A DNA stretch of 50,999 bases from Bigelowiella natans CCMP2755 (GCA_000320545.1 ADNK01001811.1:1-50999), one strand, 5' to 3'. Counted from the first letter of the stretch, positions 1-15,413 are shown. Program-made: numbers and translations. Notes: generated by a model not told the origin, from the sequence alone.

Positions 1-332
1 GCCCCCCCCCGCCTTTTCCCGTCCCCTTAAACAAGCGTCCCCACCCACCCCATTTTCCGGGAAAAAGGGGTTGGGGAAAAAACGGGGTTAGGTTGCCTTC
101 CATCCCCCGGCATTTGGGGGAGGGTTTTCCTTTTTTTTGTCAGGAAAAAATTCATTCCCAATAAAAAAGGGGTGGGGTTTCCTCAGGCGTGGGAAAAGGG
201 TGAAAGTCCAACCTTGGGAAAGGGCCATCAAAACGAACACACGCAAATGCGAGCGAATGCCCGCCTGGCCCCCCCCCCCCCCCCCCCCCAATCGCTCTGA
301 TATCATATAACCTAATCGATACGCGACAACAG

Positions 333-693
333 GCCTCGTTGAAATGGGCGCGAAGAAAGGCGATAACGTCGGGATCTTCTCCGTGAATCGCCTCGAGGTT
401 AGGTCTAGTAACACGCTTAATTCATAGAAACCGAGAGAGATCAGCATTCGTAATGGCATTCGATAAACTGCGAGATAATAACGACGCGGCAACGAGGGGG
501 GTTTTGAGAGCCTGCAGGAAGGGCACTACTTTGCAGCTTTGCACGAGCATTCTCCGTCCTCTTTCATGCGTGCCTTGTTCTTGAGGAGGAGGCGTCTCAT
601 TGCCATCTCCATCCCACTTCATTGCTATGCTATGGCTTCCAACGCCGAGCAGCTAATGAGTCGTACTAACCACACTGAGAAGTTCCATTTGAG

Positions 694-733
<40 letters not shown>

Positions 734-1406
734 TGTGTGTGTGTGTGTGTGTGTGTTTCCAGTGGGTATTAGGTGCCTTAGGATTCTATAGCCAAGGTTA
801 ATTCTGAGTATATATATATATATATATATAATATATATATACATATAATATGTATCTTAATCAACCGGTCTCTGCCCGCCCCCTCCCCTAGCGAAGTCAT
901 GTAATTTGGTGAGTGATGATATACACGCGACGTCTCGCAACGCGATCATCATTCTCAGGACTGAGGACGGTCAGTCTCTATGCGACACTGGGCGAGGATG
1001 CGGTTGAGTACATCGCAAACCACGCGGAAGTGAGTTGTTCTCTGAGACAAAAAATTATAAACATTACAGTGTAATATGCAATTCATTATTTATACGAGCA
1101 CTAACATCGGCGACGTACATCTGTTACACATCGATGTCGCACTTTTATTCTTTCCGCATTTTTTATGGTTCCGGTGTTCTTACACGGACAAGCGCAGATA
1201 TATCTGTGTAGTGTTTCTGCTTCCCCGTCTCATTCCTACCTCCTGCCCCTTACTTCCAGGTTGAGATCATCCTCGTCTCGAAGGAGAATCTGGCCAAACT
1301 GATGAAAGTAGTTCCAAAGCTCAAGACTGTGAAGAAAATCGTCATGTTTGACTCTTTGGTAGGTGTACATATCTCCAAATGTTTGCATAAATGATACATA
1401 TATGTA

Positions 1407-1438
<32 letters not shown>

Positions 1439-2612
1439 TTAGGAGGGAAGGGGAGAGAGCGAGCGAGAGAGAGAGAGTAGGAGAGGGAGAGAGTAGTTTG
1501 TGTGATAAGGCAAAAAATACAGCTTGATTCAAGCACACGCCATTTACTCGTGCCGCATTGCTCAGTGGCGTTGTGTGCTATATTGCTGTACGCGTGTGCG
1601 CGACCGACCTCGTCACAATCAAATAGGAGGTTCTAGGCAACGTCGGTGACACCATCGAGGAGAAGCAGATCGAAGAGTACTCCGCAAAACTTAGAACAAA
1701 CACACATCAAACTGACTAACTCTATGCGCGGCGGGATGTAGTTATTGATTGCCTGAGCGAGGAACTTACACAATGCCTACTGCTCCAAATTCCAACCCAA
1801 AACACAACACAGGCTCAAACGAGCTGGCGTTGGTCTAAGCGGGTACACACACACACCCAGCATGCACATTCAATCGTCCGATTTCTTAGCAATCTCGTGT
1901 AGGATAACGTGAGGAGGGTTGTAGTGGTATGAAGAGGCGCCGTGCTGTTGTCCGGGACTCATCAACCTCCCAAATCCATTGCAAGATAGCGAAGTGTTTC
2001 GCATGCTGCGGGGCAAAAACAGCTCCGCCCCCCCCTCCCCGCCTATTGGGAAGGCCCCTCGTAGGCCTATGGCGATGGCGCTCGGGGTGGTCAATGCTGA
2101 GGTCTATGCGTGATTTTCGCAGGTTCTCTCAGGTGATCCGGATGGGAAAGCAATCCAAGCGCCCCTTGAATCCTGCGGTGATTAAACTCTAAAGCTGTTG
2201 TATAATGTAGCGATCGTGTCGGTGTAAGGCTCTGTCTTCCAGATTCTTTTTAAAATACATCGACTCTCCCTCCCTCGCATCAGCGCCATACTAACCCAAC
2301 CCCCCCCCCCTCCCCCCCCTGCCCTTTCTGCCCTCCTGGCACGCTAATCGCCGTTCAGGGCCCTGACGATCTATGCTTCGTGATGTACACCAGTGGCACA
2401 ACTGGAAAGCCAAAAGGTGCGACCAACACGCATTCATATGAGCATGCTTTGATGCCAAGGGGGGGGGGGGGGAATGAACAAATCACTAAAATCGGAAGTT
2501 ATGGTTTATCCTTAATCTTGATGGGTAGTATTTTCAGTGTGGTAATAGTGCGCGCGCGCGCGCGCACATACACACAGACACACAGACACACAGACACACA
2601 CACACACATATA

Positions 2613-2647
<35 letters not shown>

Positions 2648-4163
2648 GAGAGGGAGAGAGAGAAAGAGAGAGAGAGAATACTAACTCATGTCATTATTCT
2701 CGTCAGGTGTGATGATATCACATCGTGCGGTTGTGAGCGTCGTGGGCGCAGCTAGAGACAGGTAACAAACGGCAGCAGCCCCTCCCTCACCTCCTGCATT
2801 TCGATATATATATATATATATATATATATTTAATACAATGTAAATATCTTACTGCAATGGCCTCTACTATTTCCTCTGCGTGCCTATGCGCGATAGGTTC
2901 AACCTTAACGGCAAAGTGGACGTGCACGTTTCGTATCTCCCCCTCGCACACATCTTCGAGACTGTGGTTCAGGTGCTGCCTAGATATTCCTCTTTCCTCG
3001 CGGCCGGCTGCCAAAGCACGCTGATGGGTTGCAAAACGCGCCAGCGCCCCTTTCGTTCGATTCGTGCAATCGTGAGATGTCCCGCACGTACAAACGCGTC
3101 CACGCGCAGCATTGCTTTAACAACGGCTAGTCGAAAACAAAGTGGTTTTGTTCTCCGGGCTATGTTACCCACGCCTCGCTACCTTGGCATTAGCAGCACT
3201 GTCGTTCTCCTTCTCAATGGCCATTCGTCTATAATCTTTACATTCGATGCCCGCATCATGATCTCCTCTATTGCCGTCGTCATCACCATCTCAAGACCAT
3301 CATCACCATCACCATCGTTCTAATGATCATTCTAATCATCGTTCTAATCATCATAATGCTGCAAACAACAGGTCGTATGTCTGGGCTGCGGTGCCGCTAT
3401 TGGCTTTTTCCAGGGGAACATCAAGAAACTAACCGATGATTTCAAGGTGACGTCTCTTTGCTCTCCCTGCACGTGGTCGGAGCAAACGCCAATCGTTGAT
3501 TCTCTCGCTTCTATTATCAGCGTCATCATCATCGTCATCCATTTCTTCTTCTTCTTCATCGTCAGCACCACCAATATTATCGATATACTTGCACTTTCTT
3601 GCCATTAACATCACACCATCAATCGTATCATCGTCATCATCATCATCATCATCATGATCATCAATCTCATCATTATCATCATCATCATCATCATTAGGCC
3701 TTGCAACCGACAGTGCTGTGTGGTGTCCCTCGCGTATTCACCCGCGTGTACCAAAAGGTGCCCATTCCCCCCCCACCCCCCACCCCCCCCTCTTACACTA
3801 TCTTCACAGACATAACAACTAAAATCTGAAAACCGAGGGGGCGGGGAGGGGGAGGACGTGTGCCATCTACTGTTGGTATTGGTTAATGATCATTGCACTG
3901 CATCATGCCTCACCGATAATAAGGTATTCCAAGGGGTCACGTCTAAAAACTGCATTTCGAGAGGTAGCTTGCTTTGGCGGTAACCGTGTATTGCCGAATC
4001 GTGGTAGCATCGCAGTTTCAGAAAATGCGGCAGCATGTGCATGCACCTATAGTAAAAAAGGCGCGCGCAAGCTCTCCATTTATCGTCGTATTTCTCTCTT
4101 GATTGGTCTCGTTCGATGTCGTTCTCATTTGCTTTCCCTCACCACTTGTATAATATAAAACAA

Positions 4164-4218
<55 letters not shown>

Positions 4219-4583
4219 CGTGTGCGTAATATGAATTATTCTCGCTCGCCCTCGCCTCGTACGATTCGATCGCAATCATCCCTATTGCGTACTAAAAACC
4301 CCCTCTCCCCCTCTCCCCCCCTTCCCCCCCCTCCCCATTTGCAACGTGCAGGCCTGTTTCTCCGATGCTACCAGTCTCAGTGCGAATTGGTATATTTTGG
4401 CGTTTTCCCGCACAAATCATTTCCTCCTATTTTTGGATGATTTCAAGGACGAGATACATTGGATACTCATTGCACCGTATTGTCTGCCCTTTAGCTGCGC
4501 AGGGGCCTCCCAAGAAACAGTCAGAATGATTCGATTCTTTCTCGTGTCAAGTAAGTACCGTATTATAAGCAATGAGCACTAAT

Positions 4584-4624
<41 letters not shown>

Positions 4625-5811
4625 CAATAATTACATGTACGTCTGTGTATGTTGTGATGATGAGAGCAGGAGGGAAAGAAGGGAGTTAGAGCCTCTTTTG
4701 TGCAGTGCAAACAGCAAAAACAAAGGACAATAGAATTCTCCGCGTAATACATGGAACCGAAATACGACGACCCCATATCACTAATCAGGGAGGCTGTTGG
4801 TCTTTCCAAATGCCGCATCATTCTGACAGGGGCTGCTCCTTGCCCAGGGTATGTGTATGTGTGGATATGATGATGATGACTATCCACTGCCTGAAGAATA
4901 ATATATTGACGTGCATATTTATATATTATATATATAATATATATATATATTTATATAACAATTATCAATGTTAATAACAACGACATGTATACTCGCTAAT
5001 AGTGTTTCTGTGTGTGTGTGTGTGTGCGTATGTGTGTGTTTGTGTGCCTATTTATAAATGTAAAACAAGCTACTTGATGGAGTTCTTGAAGGCTGTGATT
5101 GGGGCGACAGTAATGCAGGGGTAAGAAGAAGAAGAAGAAAGATACGAATGGTGACGACGATGACGATGACGATGATGATGACGATGACAATGATAAAAGC
5201 AAAGCATACTGCCACCAGAAGGCGAGAGATCCAGAGAAGAGAGAGAAGAGGGGGGGGGGGGGGGAGGGGGAGGGGGAGAAAAACAAACCGCTCATCAAAA
5301 GATTTCCTCCTGCATTTCTAAGTACCAGCACCCTCACCATCACATTCGCCACGTTCCCAATCCCTCGCTGACGATCGAATAACTGAACTGTTTCAGGTAC
5401 GGAATGACGGAAACAGCAGCTGGATTGGCGATCACTACGCCTGAAGACTACACTGTGGGGCACGTAGGACCGCCTATTCCTTGCGTCGAGGTGCGCTAGT
5501 TATGACGGTCTTTGTATGTACCTCTTCCCCCGCATTTGCTTGCCTTGTTTTATGTGCCTTTTTTTTTGCATTTGCGGTTTTGCGCCGCTGCTTATGTAGT
5601 CGTGGGCAGTTTTTCCCCATTTTTGTCTTCTTTTGCTTCGTTTCGTTTTGCCCTCCTCCTCTCGTCTCTGCTTGCAATGGAAGAAAGCATCCGGGTGCTA
5701 TTGGTGGATGAGTGGAATGTGATTGCCGTTGTTGTTGGCGTGGTCGTCGTGTAGGTGAAGCTGGTGGACGTCCCGAGCATGGGGTCAGGGATATATGTGT
5801 GCTCATACAAA

Positions 5812-5854
<43 letters not shown>

Positions 5855-6351
5855 ATACATTTCTGTGAGGTTGTTCGCAACCCGTTGTACTTTGTGACTT
5901 AGATCAGTTTTAGTGTACGGCTCTAAACAGTACAGTCATTTTGCTCCTGAAGTCATTAGCGGTGAATGTTTCTGGCAGGTACCTGCACACCAACCACCCT
6001 CCTACAGGAGAGATCTGCGTGCGAGGGCCGTGCGTATTCAAAGGGTAAAAATGCAAGCCCCGTGCATCGAGTTGATATGCGAGATGTTTGCTGTTGGTGT
6101 AGTCGTTCATAATCTTTCGGTGATTGAGCTACGCAGCGTTTCGATGTAAGATGATGATGATGATGATGATGATGATGATAGATTTATCTTTGAGCATAGT
6201 TCTTTGTTGATCGATGGTGAGGTGAAATCGTTTGCCACGATATCTAATCATATCGGATGGATATCTACTGCTGTTGATGGTCTTCGCATGAATCAAAGGG
6301 CTTTAAATCGTTTGCATGCTTGTCTCTCAGCGTTATCTACGATCTTGGGAA

Positions 6352-6389
<38 letters not shown>

Positions 6390-6565
6390 TGTATGTGTAT
6401 GTGTGTGTGTGGGTGTGTGTGTGTGTGTGTTTGAGTCTGTGGTGCAGTGCGATGCCAGTGATGATGCGTATTGTATGGCCGCAGTTACTACAAGAACGAA
6501 GCTGCTACCAAGGACACAATCGATGAAGATGGGTAGGCAATACGCACGCTAGAGCACAAACACAA

Positions 6566-6608
<43 letters not shown>

Positions 6609-6777
6609 GTACCCACGTACACACAACCATGCACACACACACACACACACACAACACACACACACACACGCACACACATGTCGTTCTATTCAAGAAGAGA
6701 TTGGTTGGGTGCATTCAAGGTCATCGAATGCTACCGCAAGAAATAATATCTGAACACATATAGATATACTGCATTGA

Positions 6778-6820
<43 letters not shown>

Positions 6821-8823
6821 AATTCCGTAATACATTGGCAAAAAGCATAATTAATTCTGTGGTGTTTAGATGGCTATCGACTGGTGACATTGGCCGTTGG
6901 AACCCATCAGGGAGTCTCTCGGTGCTAGTATCCAAATATAGAAAGATGCCGATGGATGGCGATGAGTGTTTCCCTTTCACGTGTGGAGAAAATAAAAATA
7001 ACGCGAAAACTTACCCCCTCCCCATCCTCTCCCCCTCTTTTCTAACTCAAGGTGATTGACCGAAAGAAAAATATTTTCAAGATGTCGCAGGGAGAGTACA
7101 TTGCGGCTGAAAAGGTTTTGCTTTGAACCTTTTCTTTTTTTTAGAGAAGGGGGGCTTGGGGGGGGGGGGGGGGAAAGAGAAAGAGAAGGATTGAGGGGGT
7201 TAGAAGGGTCATGATTCTCTGAAACGCTTTCTTATATACTTCGATTATCTGCTCCTCCCACTATCCAAACGTGATAAGAGGTGTGTGTGCATATCTTTCT
7301 CAATCGTGCGTGTACTCCATACTTTTTGGGTTGTCCCAAAACTTGCAGGTTGAGAGTGTGTACGGAAAAAGCAGCTGCGTTGGTCAAATATGGGTGTATG
7401 GAAACTCGTTTCAGTCGTTTCTTCTCGCCGTTGTGGTTCCGAATATGGTCAGTACAGCATCCTTCGTATCTACAGCAAGAATAGATTTTGTTGGTTTTTT
7501 AAAAATAAGTTTTTGAATGTTTCCCCCCCCCATGTTTCCGTTCGAATGAAGAGGTGTTATCATCAAACGAATCGACGTTGACTTGCCTTCATCGACTGCT
7601 CAGGACTCTACCATTGCATTCTTGAAGGAGCAAAGCCTTTGGACCGTGAAATCGGTGAGGTTGCCGATGGTGAAACTGCATTTTCATGTAGAGTTTTGTA
7701 GGCGTGTGCGTCAATGTGTTGGTTTGTGTGTAATTGTGTGCGCGCGTGTGTTGGTTTTGTTGGTTGGTTTGCAGGGAGAGGAGCTCCACACTGCTTTCCA
7801 GAGGATTTGTACCAAAGAAAAGAAGGTCTGCAGAGCCCCACACATGACCCGCAACCACGCATGCAATATTCGATGTTCCACATGCGCTAGCAGCCTCGAA
7901 TCAGTCATTTGAGGACGTTTTTACGGATGCTGTGACTTCATGCGATGATAGATCAAGCGTGTGCGTCTCTGTTGATGACCATCAATGTCCCCCAGTGGCA
8001 AGATCTATCGCATCATACGATATAGATCAATGAAAGCTGATATTACCACTGCGGATTAACCACCACCGTGCTTGCTCAGAGCGTAAAGGCCTGGGTTGCG
8101 TCTAAGCTGAAGGAGCAGGAGACTAGTCTCAAAGGCTTTGAAAAGGTAGTTATGCCGGTTACACCTCTGTCTCCCAAAAAGAGCATGCAGCCCCGGGATC
8201 TCGAGGAGGAGGGGATTAGTACTTCGTGCACAAAGCCAATCATCTAGAGAGTCTGCTGACGTTTGAGTTCTTCTTATTCAAAATATTTTTGTCGTGATGC
8301 ATTGCGCTATTATGAAAGGTTCGCGATGTACTTCTAGAGATGGAGGTTGATAAAGGTCGGAACTTTTTGCATGTAAACACATGTAGATGCGTATGCAGAA
8401 TTACATAAATATTCGTCTCCTTGCAACTAGCATCTGTATTATTCTGCTCATCATCGCCGCGCTCATCATCCTTACGCAGACGATTCTCCTTCTCGACGTC
8501 GTTTTACTTTTCATCAGACGGAAATGGCTTTACGGTCGATAACGACTGTTTGACCCCGACGTTCAAGCTTCGCAGACCGTTTCTCCTCGTTCGCTACAGA
8601 GAGGCGCTTCGTCAGCTCTACACGGTAGGGTTGTGTACCAGATGATGAGATAGGGACGCAAACTCTGTGGCATGATTGCTACTCAGCGCTAGCAGATTGA
8701 CAGGCCCCGTGTGTTATTTACTGTGAAACAAAAATTCTTTTGTTCGTATTTGTGTGTTTGTGTGTGTGTCAGGACAATGGCGAGGAAGCCAGCGAGTGGC
8801 CTACAGCATCGAAGAAGAAGTAG
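333..8823 (+). CDS. LACS: Long-chain acyl-CoA synthetase (AMP-forming), about 25 exons, 5' end upstream of or lost at the window edge
   Basis: Manually spliced GT-AG exons: GLVEMGAKKGDNVGIFSVNRLE (333-397); VSLYATLGEDAVEYIANHAE (~960-1029); AMP-binding motif VMYTSGTTGKPKG (~2380-2417); VSYLPLAHIFE (~2930-2960); LQPTVLCGVPRVF (~3700); YGMTET..GHVGPPIPC (~5398-5490); GEICVRGPCVFKG (~6008); WLSTGDIG (~6871); IDRKKNIFKMSQGEYIAAEK (~7055-7114); LTPTFKLRRP (~8550); last exon DNGEEASEWPTASKKK* with TAG at 8821-8823. Confidence 0.95.
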
Positions 8824-10651
8824 TCAAGCTAGCAAGCCTTTCTCTAGAAATGCCTCGCGCTTTTTGGTCTCCAAAATCACAGCGCGCACACACTCGCGGC
8901 ATCAGAGTGCATATACATCAAGCACACGCGTTTGCGTAATTAAATCATGCAAAACCAAAGAATCTGACCGCCAACGCAACTAGGCATGTGACGTGCATAA
9001 ATTGACCTGCTAGCCTGGTCACATCTAGACATATGAGTGCTGTGAAACATTGTCACTGCTGATGATTGCAAAGTGTAGCTTCGTCCATACTAGAATGCTG
9101 ATAAGATGATGCGTGCACTATGCTAGCATGACTACCACGGCGTTGTGAAGCTTCGTGCTCACACAGTGCGCAACTGTTTGTCGCAGCTTCAATCAAACAG
9201 ATCAAGATCCAAAGAATTTGTGATCGGCATGCTAGCATGCTCGCTAGCCAGCTAGCTAGCCAGCATGCCAGCAAGCCAGCGTGCTCGCGTGCCCTATAGC
9301 CCGTTCCAGCGTTGTTGCGCGTAAGGTGCTGCATCACACCAACGCCAGAACGCATGGTGCTTGTACTTATTGAGTCACATTGTCATACTTGAACTTCTCA
9401 CAAGTTTGCATGCTGCAAACCTCATCCACAAGGCCCATTGGGCCGATGGCAGGCTAGCTAGCTAGCATGCTAGCATGGTCAACATCAGCTCTCGATCAGT
9501 CGCCACATTCCAGCACAATGAACAATGAACAATGAACAAAGCGTTGATCAAAACTACATGCGCCAGAACCACATGGGAGACAGGTGTTTGCATGCAGCAG
9601 AGACAAAACAACACTCGTTGCATGTGAGGACTTGTCAGCACCGCCCTGCTAGCCTGCTAGCCTGTTCTAGCTGTTGGTGATGAGATGAGAAAAACCAGGT
9701 GACCGCATCAAGGATGACTTTGCCATGGATGTTGTGTGTTGGTGCAGTTGAAATGTGAACAGGTTGCAACTGACACTAGCTAGACTAGGAATTGGAATGA
9801 CGAACAGCAGCAAAATTGTCAAGCAGGACAATGGTTCGTCCAGCACCCATGCAGTATTGCACGTTCATCGTCTCATTGAGTCCTTTTTATATTTTTTCCT
9901 CCGGTTTTTGCTGTCGCATCTTTGCAACCACCTTCACCGTTATCGCACCTTCATCTAGTTATGACAATTCTCTGCCATTGTCGCACCTTCGTGATCGCCT
10001 TTGCCGTGCGGTGCAATCGACACAGAAGAAAGCCGAGTCGACGTGTACCTCCTTCCACCCAGCAAACAGAATGGAGAGAGCGAGTAAGAACCGGGAGAAG
10101 GACCGAGCGCTATTCAGGTGCCTCCCGTACAAAGCACGAGTACAAACGACGAAGTGATCGAAACATCAATCGAGCTTAGGCGTGATAAGCTAACCCCCCT
10201 CCTTTGTAAACGACAACAGAAAACTGGATGTGAAAAATGCAGGCGCGATTTCGAGGGCAATGCTCTACAAGGCTCTCGATAGGTCAGGGAGGGGGAAAAT
10301 AGCAGGAGAGGACGAATGCGAAATCTCGATTAATTGATGATGAAAACTTGTTGGATTAAATGCCCCGTGACTTGTGACCAGCCAATAAGCTCTTTGTTCG
10401 TTGATGTTGGACGTGGCCCGACGACGGTTAGGACGGGGACGGGGCTAGCATACGATTCTTTGCTCGCGAGCAAAAATGGTAAAGCTACTGACGATGAGAA
10501 AACGTCGAAGTCAGAAACGAATTCTGGCCAAAGAAGCTCTGTCGCTGGCGTGAAGCGAAAACGCAGCGAAGGGGAAAATGATGATGGCCTAATTACAGAG
10601 GAGGTGACCTTGGAATATTAATCTTCATTCGTTACGATACACACACACACG

Positions 10652-10695
<44 letters not shown>

Positions 10696-11046
10696 AGCGC
10701 GTGAATCCGCGCGCACTTACTCGATACGTATTCATTATAGGAGTTTCTAAAGCTTAGATCAAGTGGAAGGTGATGTGATTAGTGCAATACTTACATGTGT
10801 ATGCATGGCTTCAAATATACAGTTTCATTTATGGTAAGGGCAATCCATACGTAAACGGACAGATGCCATCAATGTCTTCCGCGCATTTCGCTGTCTCTCA
10901 GTTTCTCGGTCCCTTTATTTCTGTGTGTGTTTTACGTGCAGATTGTGCAGCTATGCTAACGTTTACGAGGAGGTAATATCGAGAGTTAAGACGCCAGAAA
11001 TAAGATTATCCCAGCCTCTTGACAAAGCAGAGACACACACTTACAT

Positions 11047-11107
<61 letters not shown>

Positions 11108-11491
11108 GATATCTTCCTCAGCTGCATCGACCAATCATACCGTACATCTCCCGCCGGTCCCCAGCAGTAGGTGTGTGTATATCTGTGTGTATGCGCGCGC
11201 GCAGTGTGTGTGTGTGTCGTGTTGCATTCGTGCGTGTGCACGTGAGTAAGTGTGTACGTGAGTAAGTGTGTGTGGTGCGTGTCGCACCCGCAACTCTCGC
11301 ACTCTTGATGACTTGCTCCTTCTACACGCGAGCACTAGCCCGCACTCGCAACGACTGTATGATATCGTAGATGAATATGTTATTCTGTGTCTGACTCCAT
11401 TCTTTCAGGAATAAACGGATGCGCTGCGACATCACAAACGGCAGCCACTCAAGTTGCATTGGTGATCTTCTACATTAGTGTTGATGATGCA

Positions 11492-11529
<38 letters not shown>

Positions 11530-11573
11530 CATATATACATATATATTTGTGTATTTATTTATATTTGTGTTAT

Positions 11574-11656
<83 letters not shown>

Positions 11657-11991
11657 ATAATCGCTCGAAATTAGGATATACTGCGAGACGGTGGGAACTG
11701 CGTAGATGCATGTAAGGCCCTACACGAGAAGTGCAATGCTGTTTACCACACTAAGCTTTTTTCAAAACGCACAAGCACCCCCCGACCCCCCCCCAAAGCA
11801 CGGACACGCACGCACACACATATACACTCTCATAGAAAAATGACCGAAAGAGAGAACGGGGGGCGGCGGGGGAAAGTGGAAAGGCAGATACAAGTTGTAA
11901 AGGTTTTTGATAAGCGTCGGAAAGCAACATCCCCATATCAAATAGGCATTGCTGTCGCAGCTGTGCTAAACGTCCTCGAGCCAACCTCAAC

Positions 11992-12029
<38 letters not shown>

Positions 12030-12458
12030 GCACCCTTGCATGCTTTAGTGTATATCGTCAAGGAGAAAGGACGACCTAAACAATGCGCGCTAATAAACAA
12101 CCCCGCTGCTAGTGGCAGAGCACGGAGCTGTATGGGTTTATAGAATTTAGAGAGCCTTAGAAATCGTTATGCTTTTCTTAAATTGAGCTACCACGGGTGA
12201 CTATGCCTGGTGTGTGATGAGTAGCCATTTCGCGTCATTGCGACTTCCTCGGCTCGTTTGCATCTTTTTACGTTCCATACGCATTACAGGGGGTGGGCGG
12301 GGATATGTTTCTCCTCCACTACAACAACGCGACGAAGAAGGTGACAGGTATTAACGGGAGCGGCAGATCTCCAGCAAAGCTCACTCTCGAGCGCGTAATG
12401 AGGTCATAATCAAGCTTCCACTCGATGCAAGAACCACGTGCTCTTGATGATATTCTTC

Positions 12459-12501
<43 letters not shown>

Positions 12502-12565
12502 TGTATGGGTAGAGTCGATGTAATGTACGTACTTGCGTGGTTGCATTCGTTGGTGTTGCGAGGTT

Positions 12566-12608
<43 letters not shown>

Positions 12609-13326
12609 GCTACATCTGTTTTAATGTCCCCCCACCCCCCCCTCTTAGAGATCATCCAGATGCCAAATCAATCCCTCTCAGCAGCCCACACTCAGTAGTT
12701 TCCATATATTACGTGCTTTCCACAGTTTCATCGATAAACAAGGATACCCGCAAAACACACACCATACGTGATGTATGTACTTTGCACAATAAACCTCATT
12801 ACGCGCTTTGCAAGGCCGTTGCGAGAGTCTCTGGATCTTTCGATTAGCGGCATCTGTGTTGTCGATTTGAGCGTTTTGATTGCGTGATTTAATACGTGCA
12901 GATCACCGTGCCAGGGGCCGTGGCTGGGTGGTGTGATGCGTGTAAGAGGGTCGATGCTTCTTATTTAAAAAAAACCAAAAATAATAATCAAAATATATCA
13001 CTGTTGGGAAAAAGAGTTAGTTATTTGATAAGAGATAACCATAGTTTTTAAAAAGAAAACAGCAGGCATATGCACCATACACACGCACACACATCCACTC
13101 TCACATTCCAAAACAAATCCGCTCAAATCCACCAATCGGCAAACCTTAAAGCTGCATTTGTATTGCTAATTTAGTACGGAACCAAGGAACTTTCCAAGGT
13201 CTTAGCACCTGCTATCCACATGTGCAAGAAGGTTAGTATCACCAGTAACATCAGCACCGTATCTTCGCTCTAAGTTAATCGTCGCTAATACCATCTTTCA
13301 CACACGCACACACGCACACACGTACA

Positions 13327-13384
<58 letters not shown>

Positions 13385-13581
13385 GAAAGTCATAGTCGCT
13401 CGCAATAAGTAGATAAATCTTTATCCAAACAACTAGTCTAGCCGTTTTTAGCGTATCGCCTCTTCATGCACTACTGCAATGCATATCGTTCAAATACCAC
13501 CAGGGATTTCCAATCTCCCCTATCTCCAGTGCTCTTTGGCACGATGCCGTACTTGATCACCTACCAATTAGAATCAACACA

Positions 13582-13637
<56 letters not shown>

Positions 13638-13773
13638 GGGGGGGGGGGGGGAGAAAAAGAGAGAAATACAGAGAGAGAGCGCATAATACGAATGCGTATC
13701 TATCGACAACAGAATACAAACTTTATATATATTGTGTTTATTTGATTTGTGTGCGTGTGTATGTGCGTGAGAA

Positions 13774-13823
<50 letters not shown>

Positions 13824-14577
13824 GTGCTGCTCGATGGATTGTGAGTCGCCACTATTGAGTGGTGAGTGAATGGACAACATATTGCCTCAGGAGCACGAAC
13901 TCATCGCTGCCTCTGATAATGGGAAAAGCGAGATGCTCATAGATGGTAGAAAATATTAGAATTTAGATCACTCTAGTGCTGTCGCTAATGGCCGCATCTT
14001 TCAAAGAAGAGATCCTGATCGAAGGAAATGCCAAGAAATCGCTGCTAGCATATCGATAATCTTTAACAGTCTTTCTTCATTGATATTGACAAATGTTTGA
14101 AATCAACAAAGGCACACGTGCTCCGAGGCCAGGGGAGATTTTCAAGAACCCAGGGCTGGCAAAAACATTAGAATCGTATGATAATATGATGCATAATATA
14201 TCTATATACACATAGAGCCTTTTCCGTTTGTCAGAAACATGTGAATGGCGCGATATCCGAGTGACATTGGCATTGTTGTTTATTGAATACAACAGCATCG
14301 AGCTTTTTGAGTACAATTGCGTTTTTGGGTCCATTTCGCATGAGATATCTTTAGTTTTCTACGGCAGCGACATGAAAGCACACACACACGCGCGCGCGCA
14401 CACATATGAAAACAGATAGATGATAGAATTGTATTCTTATTTGTGTTTATGTTTGTGTTGTGTTGTGTGTGTGTGTGTGTATGTGTATGTGATGATATGC
14501 TCAGAATAGCAGAGAACGGACCCCTGGTTGGTTTTTGACTATGCATCTTTGTGGATGAGTACAAATGCGTATATATA

Positions 14578-14612
<35 letters not shown>

Positions 14613-14673
14613 ATGACTAAACGATGAATAGTTGTGATATACATTGTAATATTAGTGAATATTACGGTATAGT

Positions 14674-14723
<50 letters not shown>

Positions 14724-14805
14724 AGCTTCTACAAAGGGCCCATCGCTGAAGCCATTGTGAGTCGTCGTAGTTAATGCTGGTTGTGTGTGTGTGTGTGTGT
14801 GCGTG

Positions 14806-14851
<46 letters not shown>

Positions 14852-15260
14852 CATGCGTTTGTGTGCGTGAATGTGTTTGTGTGCGTGCGTATGTGCGTTT
14901 GTCTTGCAGTATTGACCTTCTCTCATTTTATTGGCTAAAAGCTATATTATTCGTATTTGACAAGGTGTCGACGGTTCAATCTAGAGGCGGAGTACTCGGT
15001 AGCAGTCTTTTGTGCGTCCTTTTCTTCGCACCCTGCCTGTGCTATTGAGGTGGTACATTACACTTGTTCGTAACGTAAACATTAATGTCAGAGATGGACG
15101 ATTTAGCTGAGCACGTATCTACCTTCCCTGAGCCCATTTCTGTGAATTATAAAGGTCCAAGCAGCCGTCGTTGTTGCATGCACTGTAGTCATATGTGTTT
15201 TTCAGGATGTTTCGATATTGTTTGGTTGTTTTTGTACAGTAGAGACTTTTCCGCTCTCTC

Positions 15261-15333
<73 letters not shown>

Positions 15334-15366
15334 ATCTCTATCTCTCTCTCTATCTCTATCTCTCTC

Positions 15367-15413
<47 letters not shown>

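Noticed and set aside
1-290. Homopolymer-rich G/C/A/T runs at the window start (also 50886-50999), possible G-quadruplex or telomere-like sequence
   Set aside because: Looks like low-quality contig-end sequence, with no regular repeat unit.
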